From the sequence record SRR22947725_3004: 64,000 bases of DNA, one strand, 5' to 3'. Under the pieces are notes generated by a model. That model saw only the letters and a program-made list of their open reading frames with translations, did not search any database and was not told the DNA's origin. Below, piece by piece: positions 39,975-49,327 of this stretch. Both the position numbers and the translations under genes were made by a program. Each line of letters starts with the position of its first letter. Position 1 is the first letter of the stretch.

Positions 39975-40454
39975 ATGGACCCTTTACTTAAATTACTGCG
40001 TGAAAATGCGTCTTACCGTCCTGATCAATTAGCCAAAATGCTTCAGCTGGATGAGGCTGAAGTCGTTGGCCGAATCAAAGCTTACGAAGCGGATGGAACC
40101 ATTGTGGGCTATCGCACAATCATTAATGAAGAAAAGATCAACATTGAACGTGTGCGCGCTGTGATCGAAGTCAAAATCACTCCCGAACGTGAGGGTGGTT
40201 TCAATCATCTGGCTTCCCGTATCGCCAAGCATACCGAAGTGCGGGCATGCTACCTGATGTCTGGTACCTACGATTTGCTGGCTATTGTAGAGGGAGACTC
40301 ATTGAAACAAGTGGCCTCCTTTGTTTCTGACAAGTTGTCCACCTTGCAGGGAGTGCTTTCCACGTCGACGCACTTCATGCTCAAACCTTATAAAGAGCAT
40401 GGTGTGCTGCTGCATTGTGATGAATCCGATCAAAAACTTCAGGTATCCCCCTGA
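39975..40454 (+). CDS. Lrp/AsnC-family regulator
   Basis: N-terminal HTH; LMSG.YDL; STSTHF.LK.YK. Confidence 0.9.
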   Translation: MDPLLKLLRENASYRPDQLAKMLQLDEAEVVGRIKAYEADGTIVGYRTIINEEKINIERVRAVIEVKITPEREGGFNHLASRIAKHTEVRACYLMSGTYDLLAIVEGDSLKQVASFVSDKLSTLQGVLSTSTHFMLKPYKEHGVLLHCDESDQKLQVSP

Positions 40455-40521
40455 AGTCTCTGGATATGATGGCCAAGGCCTCTAATTGCCAGTTGCTTAC
40501 CGGCGGCTTAAGTTAAGAATG

Positions 40522-42009
40522 TTAATCGACATTTACCTCTTGGCGAATGTCAAATTTCTCGATGCGTTTTCGGAGAGTGGCGCGTGTGATTCCGAGTAAT
40601 GAGGAAGCCTTGACTTGATTGCCTTGCATTTCCTTGAGCGCTTGCCTGACCAGTTCTCTCTCCACAGTCGGAAGAAGTTTTTGATCAGGGTTGTTGCGGG
40701 CCCACTTGAACATTGCATCGGCCAAAGGCTGAATTTCAGAAACTTCTTCGCGTTGGATCTGTTTTTCTTCGCTTATTTCTGGGATTGCCGCCTGCATGGA
40801 AGAAGCACTTTCCACAGTGGAGCGTGCTTCCATCTGGTTGCCTGAAACGATTTCATTCGGCAAATCACTGAGCAGAATAATCTCACTTTTAGTGACTACG
40901 AAGGCACGTTGAATCACATTTTCCAGCTCACGAACATTTCCGGGCCATTCGTAATGGTTCAGGGCTTCCAGTGCGTCTTTGTTGATTTTTTTAGAAGGGA
41001 TACCAAACAAATTGGAGAATTTTCTAAGAAAATAATGAACTAGTAATGGAACGTCATCCTTGCGCTGCCTCAGGGCTGGTAGCTGGATTCGGACAACATT
41101 GAGACGGTAAAACAAATCTTCTCTGAACTTCTTATCGAGAACTGTTTCTTCAAGTCTTTGATTGGTGGCGGCAATCACGCGTACATCCACTTCGACTGGT
41201 TTATTACTCCCCAGTTTTTCAAAGGTTCCAGACTGTAACACGCGTAACATTTTGGTTTGCGTCGGCAGTGACATGTCGCCTATCTCATCCAGGAAAAGGG
41301 TGCCGTTGTGACATTGCTCAAATTTACCGATGCGGGTTTGGTTTGCCCCGGTGAAACTGCCTTTCTCATGTCCGAACAATTCGCTTTCCAGAAGGTTTTC
41401 CGGGATGGCGGCACAATTGATGGCCAGGAAGGACTGCTTGCTGCGTGGGCTGTTTTGATAGATGGCTCTGGCAACGAGTTCCTTACCCGTGCCGCTTTCC
41501 CCTGTTATCAAGACCGTTGCATCTGAATTAGCCAATTGCCCAATCAATTTGAAAACTTGCTGCATGGGCTCACTGCGCCCGATCATGCCGAGCTCGTCAT
41601 CCAGAGTCTCGGCATCTGTTTCAAAAGAGACAGGCTTGGACATATCTCTGGATGCCTTGAGGGCTTCAAAAATAAGTTTCTGAAGTTTGGGGACATCAAA
41701 GGGCTTCAGGACATAATCATAAGCGCCAAGTTTCATCGCCTCGATGGCGGTTTGAGTTGCGCCATAGGCGGTCATGAGGATAACCGGAGTTTTCGTGTCA
41801 AATTGCCGAATGGCCTGCAGTGTCTGGAGTCCATTCATGCCACCCATTCGAATGTCCATGACAATCAGGTTGGGGTGGAACTCCTTGAGCATGCGGAGAC
41901 CTTCTTCGCCGCTTGATGCAAGTCGCAATTCTATGTCAGGAGAATCGAACAGCCGCCGAAAGGCGTAACGCACATCCGTTTCATCATCTATTACCAAAAG
42001 CTTATCCAT
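40522..42009 (-). CDS. Sigma-54-dependent response regulator (NtrC family)
   Basis: Receiver domain (DD, D, KPF); GESGTGKE, GSFTGA, LFLDEIG, WPGNVREL; Fis-type HTH. Confidence 0.95.
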   Translation of the reverse strand: MDKLLVIDDETDVRYAFRRLFDSPDIELRLASSGEEGLRMLKEFHPNLIVMDIRMGGMNGLQTLQAIRQFDTKTPVILMTAYGATQTAIEAMKLGAYDYVLKPFDVPKLQKLIFEALKASRDMSKPVSFETDAETLDDELGMIGRSEPMQQVFKLIGQLANSDATVLITGESGTGKELVARAIYQNSPRSKQSFLAINCAAIPENLLESELFGHEKGSFTGANQTRIGKFEQCHNGTLFLDEIGDMSLPTQTKMLRVLQSGTFEKLGSNKPVEVDVRVIAATNQRLEETVLDKKFREDLFYRLNVVRIQLPALRQRKDDVPLLVHYFLRKFSNLFGIPSKKINKDALEALNHYEWPGNVRELENVIQRAFVVTKSEIILLSDLPNEIVSGNQMEARSTVESASSMQAAIPEISEEKQIQREEVSEIQPLADAMFKWARNNPDQKLLPTVERELVRQALKEMQGNQVKASSLLGITRATLRKRIEKFDIRQEVNVD

Positions 42010-42584
42010 ATATGCCGCCACATGAAATGGCTGCCGAGATTATATCTGCGCCTTGTTCAGATGCAATGATCCAAACTCTGAAACATATGAGGCGAGGAAG
42101 GGGGATTGATCTTATTTTGCATTGTCTGTTACCGAATCAAAGGGGGTATACAGTTCGTAATAAGGTATATGAAACGTAATTACAGGGAGTAACTTGTAAA
42201 GTTTGGGGTGAAAAAACCCGCTTACATCCAAAATGTGCATGTGCTGTTTTTCAAATCAGTCCAACAGCATGACCAGGCACAAGAAGTCCTACTCTAAGTA
42301 ATCAAAAGGCTGTTCCTGAAAAGGCATTCAATGCACCTTTGTTCTCTCAATTTTACAAATGCAAGTTGGTCTCAGATGCACCAACTAATAAAAAATTCCA
42401 CGACCCACACCTTGTTCTGATCTCCTAGTGTCAGGATTTCAATCTCTTCGGCACAGTTTAATCTGAGGGGTCGCTATCGAATTTTTCGAATAGGATGCGT
42501 GATTCAGTCATTTTAATACGAACTTGGCATTTGCACGTCTCACTGCATTCATCTAAGGTTCACAAATCGCAATCAATTAATATT

Positions 42585-43157
42585 ATGGGAAGTGAAACTG
42601 CATCGGGACCAGGTATGACTTGGCTTTATTTCGCGTTAATGACTGTGGGATGCTGGGGGATTTACGGCATCCTGCTTCATAAAGGACAGGTGACCATGGA
42701 GGATCCTGTCAATGGTCGCTACAAGGCTTTCCTTTTTGTGGGAATTGCCTACTTTTTGACGGCAGTCCTGGCTCCTCTGGTCCTCTTGATGGCTCGTGGA
42801 GTTGCCTTTTCCGGATATACAGGCAGTGGTATGTGGTGGTCATTGGTGGCAGGTATCGCCGGAGCGATTGGTGCTTTTGGAGTACTCCTTGCGTTCGGGG
42901 CCAAGGGTAGCCCTTCGGTTGTCATGTCTATTATTTTTGCTGGTGCGCCCATCGTTAATGCGGTTGTTGCGCTGGCCCTGCACCCTCCGGCGGGTGGCTA
43001 TGGATCCATCAAGCCCCAGTTCTTCGCCGGTATATTGCTGGCTGCGGTCGGTGGCACTTTAGTCACTTTATACAAGCCCAACCCAGCTCCTCCCAAATCG
43101 CAACCCACTGCCGTGGCTGCTAATTGTGCTGATACAGTGAGCTCGGAAAACAAGTGA
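42585..43157 (+). CDS. Small multi-TM membrane protein (DMT-like)
   Basis: About 5 hydrophobic helices; WG.YG; Gly/Ala-rich. Confidence 0.75.
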   Translation: MGSETASGPGMTWLYFALMTVGCWGIYGILLHKGQVTMEDPVNGRYKAFLFVGIAYFLTAVLAPLVLLMARGVAFSGYTGSGMWWSLVAGIAGAIGAFGVLLAFGAKGSPSVVMSIIFAGAPIVNAVVALALHPPAGGYGSIKPQFFAGILLAAVGGTLVTLYKPNPAPPKSQPTAVAANCADTVSSENK

Positions 43158-43260
43158 TCCGAACTTCAGACGGTGAAGACTTTTTTATCGTGACATGAGT
43201 TGATCAATCAAGGATGACTTGACCTTAGCTGACGGTCCATCCGCACCAGCATTTATTTTC

Positions 43261-44517
43261 ATGCAACAGGACAGATTGGCGAAATTGAATCGATTGCTTG
43301 AGTTATCGATTGATGATAACGCCTTTTACCAGCCACGTCTGAAAGCTGTGCGAGAGTCCCTTCCCTTGGGTTCGTTGGAAATCTTTCAACGATTGGTGTC
43401 CTTCACTGACAAAGACGAATGGATTGAGGATCAAAATCTGAATCCACCCTACGGCACCAACTTGGCATTTCCTTTGGAAGCATACTCACGTTGTCATCAA
43501 ACAAGTGGCACAACGGGCAACCCCATGCGTTGGCTGGATACGCCAACAACCTGGGATCACATGTTAGATGCCTGGGGAAGAGTCTTTCGTGGTGCCGGCG
43601 CACAGACCACAGATCGAGTGTTCTTTGCTTTTTCTTTTGGCCCTTTTCTGGGGTTCTGGACTGCCTTTGAGTCTGCTCAAAAGCTGGGGATGTTTTGTCT
43701 TTCAGGTGGAGCGATGACTACCGAGACACGATTAAAAGCGATCCGCGAAAATCAATGCACCGTTCTCTGCTGCACTCCCACGTATGCGCTGCGTCTGGGG
43801 CAAGTAGCGCGTGATTGTGGATACTTACCCGACACTTTCAAACTGCATACTATCATTGTTGCAGGAGAGCCCGGCGGAAGTCTTCCTGCAGTGCGAGGGC
43901 AACTCAAGCAACTATGGCCCAATGCCAAGGTGTATGATCATCACGGGATGACCGAGGTCGGTCCGGTCTCCTATGAATGCCCTGAACATGCCTGCCGACT
44001 GCATGTCATCGAAGATGCCTTCATTGCCGAAGTGATCGATCCCGACTCATTGAAGCTTACTGATCCTGGGGAAAAAGGAGAATTGATCCTGACTACTCTG
44101 GATCGTGTGGGTTCTCCTTTGATCCGCTACCGAACCGGGGATCTTGTGCAACCCTTGCCCTCGGGGAAGTGCGATTGCGGTTCGAGCGACCTGGCACTGG
44201 AGGGGGGAATCATTGGTAGATGCGATGACATGGTAGTGGTGCGTGGAGTGAATATTTATCCCAGCGCCATTGATCAAATCGTGCGTGAATGTGGGGGTGT
44301 TGTCGAATACCGTGTTGAGGTTAAAAAGGTGAGAAATCTTGTCGAGCTGAATGTCACCATCGAACCCGAGGCAGACCTCGAAGATGTAGATGGATTGGTA
44401 GCCAGATTGTCCCGTGCCTTTCAATTGTCTCTGGCGCTTCGCATACCTGTCAAAGCGACCCGCTCAGAATCGCTCCCTCGTTTCGAAATGAAAGCCAAAC
44501 GTTGGATACGGACGTGA
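43261..44517 (+). CDS. Phenylacetate-CoA ligase-family adenylating enzyme
   Basis: TSGTTG.P, GEPG, GMTE, RYRTGD, GR.DDM.VVRGVN.YP, K.KR. Confidence 0.9.
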   Translation: MQQDRLAKLNRLLELSIDDNAFYQPRLKAVRESLPLGSLEIFQRLVSFTDKDEWIEDQNLNPPYGTNLAFPLEAYSRCHQTSGTTGNPMRWLDTPTTWDHMLDAWGRVFRGAGAQTTDRVFFAFSFGPFLGFWTAFESAQKLGMFCLSGGAMTTETRLKAIRENQCTVLCCTPTYALRLGQVARDCGYLPDTFKLHTIIVAGEPGGSLPAVRGQLKQLWPNAKVYDHHGMTEVGPVSYECPEHACRLHVIEDAFIAEVIDPDSLKLTDPGEKGELILTTLDRVGSPLIRYRTGDLVQPLPSGKCDCGSSDLALEGGIIGRCDDMVVVRGVNIYPSAIDQIVRECGGVVEYRVEVKKVRNLVELNVTIEPEADLEDVDGLVARLSRAFQLSLALRIPVKATRSESLPRFEMKAKRWIRT

Positions 44518-44550
44518 TCCTATCAACCTGCCGCTGCTTCCGATGACCAC

Positions 44551-44703
44551 ATGTCGGCAGTTCCCTTTTTTGGGAATGAGATTCTTGGTGATTTTGAACT
44601 CGTTGAGGAGTTGGTCAGAGGGGGGATTGCCTATTGTGCAACAAAGAAGAACCTTGGGCGCGAAGTTGCCTTGAAGATGATCTTTTCCGGTCATTTTGCT
44701 CTC
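44551..44703 (+). pseudogene. Remnant N-lobe of a Ser/Thr kinase
   Basis: GDFELVEELVRGG-IAY....NLGREVALKMI.SG.FA matches subdomains I-II with part of the Gly loop deleted; no HRD or DFG follows. Confidence 0.7.
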
Positions 44704-44828
44704 GCGAAAATTGCTTGTCACGGTTGTGCTTTCAGGTCTGATCTGTTCTGTGCGGTTGCACGGATCATTGAAGTCGACTTTTTGTTCCTCACGCTGAGCT
44801 CCCTATTGAGTGCTTCTTCAATTGAATG

Positions 44829-44857
44829 AGTAACAGTATTGTTACGGTTATGTTACT
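44829..44857. promoter_or_regulatory. Pho-box-like direct repeat / palindrome
   Basis: TGTTAC at 44840 and 44851 (11-bp period) plus inverted GTAACA at 44830, upstream of phosphate-uptake genes. Confidence 0.4.
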
Positions 44858-45166
44858 TTTCCTATTGAGTTTCCATTATTTACTTAATAAATATTTGTTA
44901 ACTATTATTTTTTTTACAAAAAATATAAAAGTTATAAGTTGTTAATATTGTGAGTTTAATATTTAAAAATAAAAAACAATGAGAATTTTATTTAGCTTTA
45001 GAGTGTGGAATAAAAACCGAATTTACGGCAAATAGGGGTGATGATTTTACAATTGACCCTTGGAGTGTTCTGAGAAAGCATGCCCACACATGAGAGGTTG
45101 TCAAAACCCGTGCCTGATTGGCTAATTCACAGGGGGCCTCCTTGAAAATAGAGCTTTCGAAAAATT

Positions 45167-46741
45167 ATGGAACTAACCTTATTTCATTACATCGTAGGTG
45201 CCATCGCCTTGATCATGCTGATCTGGAACACTGTGGAAGTGGGGCGTAACGACGCTGCCAATATTGTCAACGCGGTGTTCGGGGCCAGGGTAATGCCGCG
45301 CAGTAAAGCCGTTTGGATCGCTGGGATCGCAGTGATCGTGGGAGCGATGGCCTCCTCCCCAGTGATGGAAACCGCCCGGAAAGGCATATTTGACCCGGCA
45401 AGCTTACCGGGAATCAACGCAGCAATCAGCGTTTATATCGGGGTTTATCTGACAAACACCGTGTTGCTTTACTCTTTTTCTGCTTATGGCATGCCGGTAT
45501 CCACCACTGCTTGTCTGGTATTTTCTCTGTTAGGAGCCGGATTTGCTCTGGGAGGAGTTGAAGCGATTAATTGGGATAAGAGTTCCAAGGTGATATTGGG
45601 AATTATTTGCTCCATCATTGTCAGTGGTATTGCTGGTTTTTTGGTGCAGCGCATGTTCCGCGGGGTGGTGAGGGATGACTGTGAAGATCCTCAGGTGATA
45701 AAACTGCACGGCCCCTGGATGGCTGGAGCTCTTCTTACTGGACTAGTTTACTTTCTTGTGATGAAAGGGATGAAGAATGTCGCCCTGGTTAAATCGATTA
45801 AGGCCAGCACATTTGATGCTCTCGGTGCGCCTGTTGCTTTGCTGATTGTCTGGGCATTTCTTTCGGTCCTCACATTTCTTGCCATACGCTTTTGGGGGAA
45901 ACTCATCTCAAACAAATTGTTTGCTGCTTTGGCTGTTATGGGAATGATAGCAACCGCTGTGGCCTTTGGGCAAAACGATTTGGCCAATTGTGCTTCACCA
46001 GGTCTGGCTGTTTTCATGATTCTTCAGAAAGGCGAATTAGCTGGATCAGTGGATGTGCACTGGTTTTGGTTGTTTTGTTGTGGTGCGCTTTTGTTTATGG
46101 GGATGACGACCAAAACCGCACAGCGGGTCACTAGGGCGGAAGTTAATACGGGTAGTCAAGGGGACTTGGTACGCTTATATGCCCCAGAGTGGTGCATCGG
46201 AGTGGCCAAATGGATCATTCCAAAATCAGGTCAGGATCATGCTTTGGCTCCCAAGCAAAAACCGACCAAAGTGGCTGATAAGTTGCAGCATTATGACGCC
46301 CTCCGAGCGGCGGTGATCACTTCAGTCACTGGAAGTGTGATAGCATTTGCATCCGGTATGGGACTACCCGTTTCCACAACTTATGTTGCATTTGCGGCCG
46401 TCATTTCAACCGGTTGGGCTGACAAAATTTTTACTCGTGGAGATGCCGCTCTGAAAATGGGGCGTACTGTCTGGGTCGTTTTCTGCTGGTTCTTTTCCGC
46501 TTTTGTTGCAGCTGCTATTGCTGGGATCACCGCAAAAATAATTCATCTCGGTGGTCTTTATGGCATTGGCATAGGCTTGGCTGGGAATCTTGCGGTCAGG
46601 TATGTCATGCGTCAACGTGCCGACAAGCATGAAGCACACCTCAAAGAGCAGGCGCTTGCTCGCAAGAAGGAACTGATTAAAAACGCTGAAAATGGCGAAA
46701 ATATCAAATTCGCTTCTGATGAAGATGGCGAACAGCTTTGA
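45167..46741 (+). CDS. PiT-family inorganic phosphate transporter
   Basis: Duplicated signatures GRNDAAN and GQNDLAN; PVSTT twice. Confidence 0.9.
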   Translation: MELTLFHYIVGAIALIMLIWNTVEVGRNDAANIVNAVFGARVMPRSKAVWIAGIAVIVGAMASSPVMETARKGIFDPASLPGINAAISVYIGVYLTNTVLLYSFSAYGMPVSTTACLVFSLLGAGFALGGVEAINWDKSSKVILGIICSIIVSGIAGFLVQRMFRGVVRDDCEDPQVIKLHGPWMAGALLTGLVYFLVMKGMKNVALVKSIKASTFDALGAPVALLIVWAFLSVLTFLAIRFWGKLISNKLFAALAVMGMIATAVAFGQNDLANCASPGLAVFMILQKGELAGSVDVHWFWLFCCGALLFMGMTTKTAQRVTRAEVNTGSQGDLVRLYAPEWCIGVAKWIIPKSGQDHALAPKQKPTKVADKLQHYDALRAAVITSVTGSVIAFASGMGLPVSTTYVAFAAVISTGWADKIFTRGDAALKMGRTVWVVFCWFFSAFVAAAIAGITAKIIHLGGLYGIGIGLAGNLAVRYVMRQRADKHEAHLKEQALARKKELIKNAENGENIKFASDEDGEQL

Positions 46742-46818
46742 TTTTTTGCGTAACTCATCACTGGTAACTAGATAATGTTTTATGAGGCAGTCTTTTGTGC
46801 AGTCTCTGGGCAAATTGA

Positions 46819-48031
46819 GAACTGTCATCAACTTGCTCGAGTCAAACGGTTAGTTCATCTGCTCCTGTTGATCCTAACGAACTTAAGCTCAGATTCGGTA
46901 ACGGTTTGAAGTTTCAAGCTGCCGATGGAGAGACATGGAAAGGCGAAGTGGGAGGACGGTTTCACTGGGACGTCTCGGGTTATGACGAGGATGGTGATGT
47001 CAATGGTGGCACTGAGTTCCGACGGTTACGTCTCTCTTCTGAAGGGGAATTCGGGTTGGCAGCACCTTTGTACTACAAGGCAGATGTAGATTTTGCGGGT
47101 AATGATTCGGTGATGAAGGATGTTTATGTCGGATTTAAAAACCTTCCCTTGATCGGTGATATTAGATTGGGACATATCAAAGAACCTTTCAGTATGGAAG
47201 AGTTAGGAAGTTCCAAGCACATGGGACACGTTGAGCGTGCGTCCCTCAATGAAGCCTTGGTTCCAAGTCGCAACAACGGTGTTCAGATTTCCGATACAGC
47301 CTTTGACGACCGAATGGGCTGGGCAGCAGGGTGGTTCGCCGAAGTGGACCGGACGAACATCAATGAAATAGATGGTAATCACCATTTCACAGGAAGATTG
47401 TTTGGTGTTCCCTACTTGAGCAAGGACGAACAAACACCGAGCATGTGGCTGTCGGCATGGTGGGTAGTTATGCAAATATTCAAGATGATACTTCAAGGCA
47501 CCGCGCTAGACCTGAAGGTCATCTTACACCCAGACTAGTTGATACTGGAAATTTTCAGCAGATAGCTGCTATCTAAGTGGCCTGGAGACGGCATTCGTGC
47601 ACGGGCTTTTTTCAGTCCAGGCTGAATATGTGCACAATCAAAGCGATCTAGTTGGAGGTGGAAATGCTGATTTTGCCGGACGCTACGCTTATGGTAGCTG
47701 GTTTCTGACGGGTGAGAGTCGCGTGGATGCTTATAAACCCAAGTTGGGATTCTACGATCGCATCAAACCAAAACGAAATTTCTCCATTACCAACGGTGGA
47801 TTAGGTGCTTGGGAATTGACACTGCGATATTCAAATTTAGATCTCAATGATGGAAGCATCATGGGCGGTGAGATGGATGTTGTGACCGCTGGATTGAATT
47901 GGTATCTCAGCCCCACTGTAAGGGCTATCTTCAACTACGGCATTGCTTACGTGGAGCGAAATGACAGTCAAGGCATTTTACGGGACGGCGCAGTGGACAT
48001 GGCTCAATTCCGTTTTCTGGTAAATTTCTAA
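46819..48031 (+). pseudogene. OprO/OprP-type phosphate-selective porin, frameshifted
   Basis: EFRRLRL, G..KEPFSME.L.SS, RARPE.HL.PRLVDTG (shifted frame), GAWEL.LRYS.LDL, GLNWY and terminal F. Two -1 shifts near 47435 and 47553; no in-frame signal peptide. Confidence 0.85.
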
Positions 48032-48289
48032 AATATTGAGATATTGTTGGAGCCAGCAGATGGGAATACTGAATCAGTTCTCAAGCATTGAAAGGATGAC
48101 GCTCTGATCTGCGGTCGGTTTTAACTTTTCTAGCTCTTATGGGGAAACGCTAACCGATATTGCTACGTCAACAAGCGCCACGATCCTCATTCAATTGATG
48201 AGCATAGACCAGCTGAAACCATTTGGAGCTCGTCAACCCCAGTAACAGAAGCCTAGTGATTTTAATGTCTTTTGTTACGGGAGTCGCCA

Positions 48290-49294
48290 CTACGATCGCG
48301 TTGACATACCGGCCTGCCGGTCTACCTTGGCTTCGATTTCATGGAGGATATGGTCGGTCGTGATTCCTTCGGCTTCGGCTTCGAAGTTGGGGATAAGACG
48401 GTGCCTGAGAGCCGGCAGGATGGATTGTTGAATGTCATCAAAACTGACATTGAATCGACCCTCAGTCAGGGCCCTTGCTTTAGCCGCAAGAATTAACGTT
48501 TGTGCACCTCGAGGACTGCTTCCGAAGCGCAGGTATTGATTGGTGATATCCTCTGCAGTTTCGGTTTGTGGGTGCGTGGCAAGAATCAGCCTTACGGCGT
48601 AATCCCTGACGTGCTTCGGCACAGGGACTTGGCGGACCAGTTCCTGATATTCGCAAATTTTGTTTCCGTCCAAGATCTCAGTTACTTCGATTTTCCGACC
48701 ATCGGTGGTTCGATTGATGACTTCAGTAAGTTCATCGCCCGATGGATAGGTCACCACGAGTTTGAAGAAGAATCGATCGAGCTGTGCTTCAGGCAGGGGA
48801 TAGGTGCCTTCCTGATCAATGGGGTTTTGAGTGGCAAGAACGAAGAACGGGCTTGCCAGTTTTCGGATTTCCCCTCCAGCCGTGACACTTTTTTCCTGCA
48901 TGGCTTCAAGCATGGCGGATTGTGTCTTGGGCGTGGCGCGGTTGATTTCATCAGCCAGCACAAGATGCGCGAAGATGGGGCCTTTTTGAAATTCGAAAGC
49001 CTTCCTTCCTTCCTGCGTCTCGACGACAAGATTGGTGCCGAGAATATCTGCTGGCATCAGGTCAGGAGTGAATTGTATGCGATTGAAGGAAAGGTTGAGC
49101 GCCTGACTCAAGGTGCGCACCAGTAATGTTTTTCCCAAACCTGGCACCCCTTCAAGTAGCACGTGGCCGCCGGCGAATACTGCAATCAAGGTTCCGTCCA
49201 CAATATCTTCATGACCCACGATGACCTTTCCAATCTCGGATTTCAGACGGTTGTAGTCTTCCCTGAAAAGACCGATTTTTTCCTCAATACTCAT
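48290..49294 (-). CDS. MoxR-family AAA ATPase
   Basis: GHVLLEGVPGLGKT, RIQFTPDLMPAD, DEINRA.PKTQSA.LEAMQE, EGTYPLPEAQLDRF. Confidence 0.96.
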   Translation of the reverse strand: MSIEEKIGLFREDYNRLKSEIGKVIVGHEDIVDGTLIAVFAGGHVLLEGVPGLGKTLLVRTLSQALNLSFNRIQFTPDLMPADILGTNLVVETQEGRKAFEFQKGPIFAHLVLADEINRATPKTQSAMLEAMQEKSVTAGGEIRKLASPFFVLATQNPIDQEGTYPLPEAQLDRFFFKLVVTYPSGDELTEVINRTTDGRKIEVTEILDGNKICEYQELVRQVPVPKHVRDYAVRLILATHPQTETAEDITNQYLRFGSSPRGAQTLILAAKARALTEGRFNVSFDDIQQSILPALRHRLIPNFEAEAEGITTDHILHEIEAKVDRQAGMSTRS

Positions 49295-49327
49295 TCGATA
49301 AAATTTACTGTTTCTTGATGTTAAGAT

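Noticed and set aside
42022-42584. 560-nt intergenic region next to the sigma-54 activator
   Set aside because: No correctly spaced -24/-12 GG-N10-GC consensus seen; only a sigma70-like TTGCAC-17-TAAGGT.
47430-47560. Programmed frameshifting as an explanation for the porin breaks
   Set aside because: No canonical slippery heptamer, two shifts would be needed, and the N-terminus is also missing.
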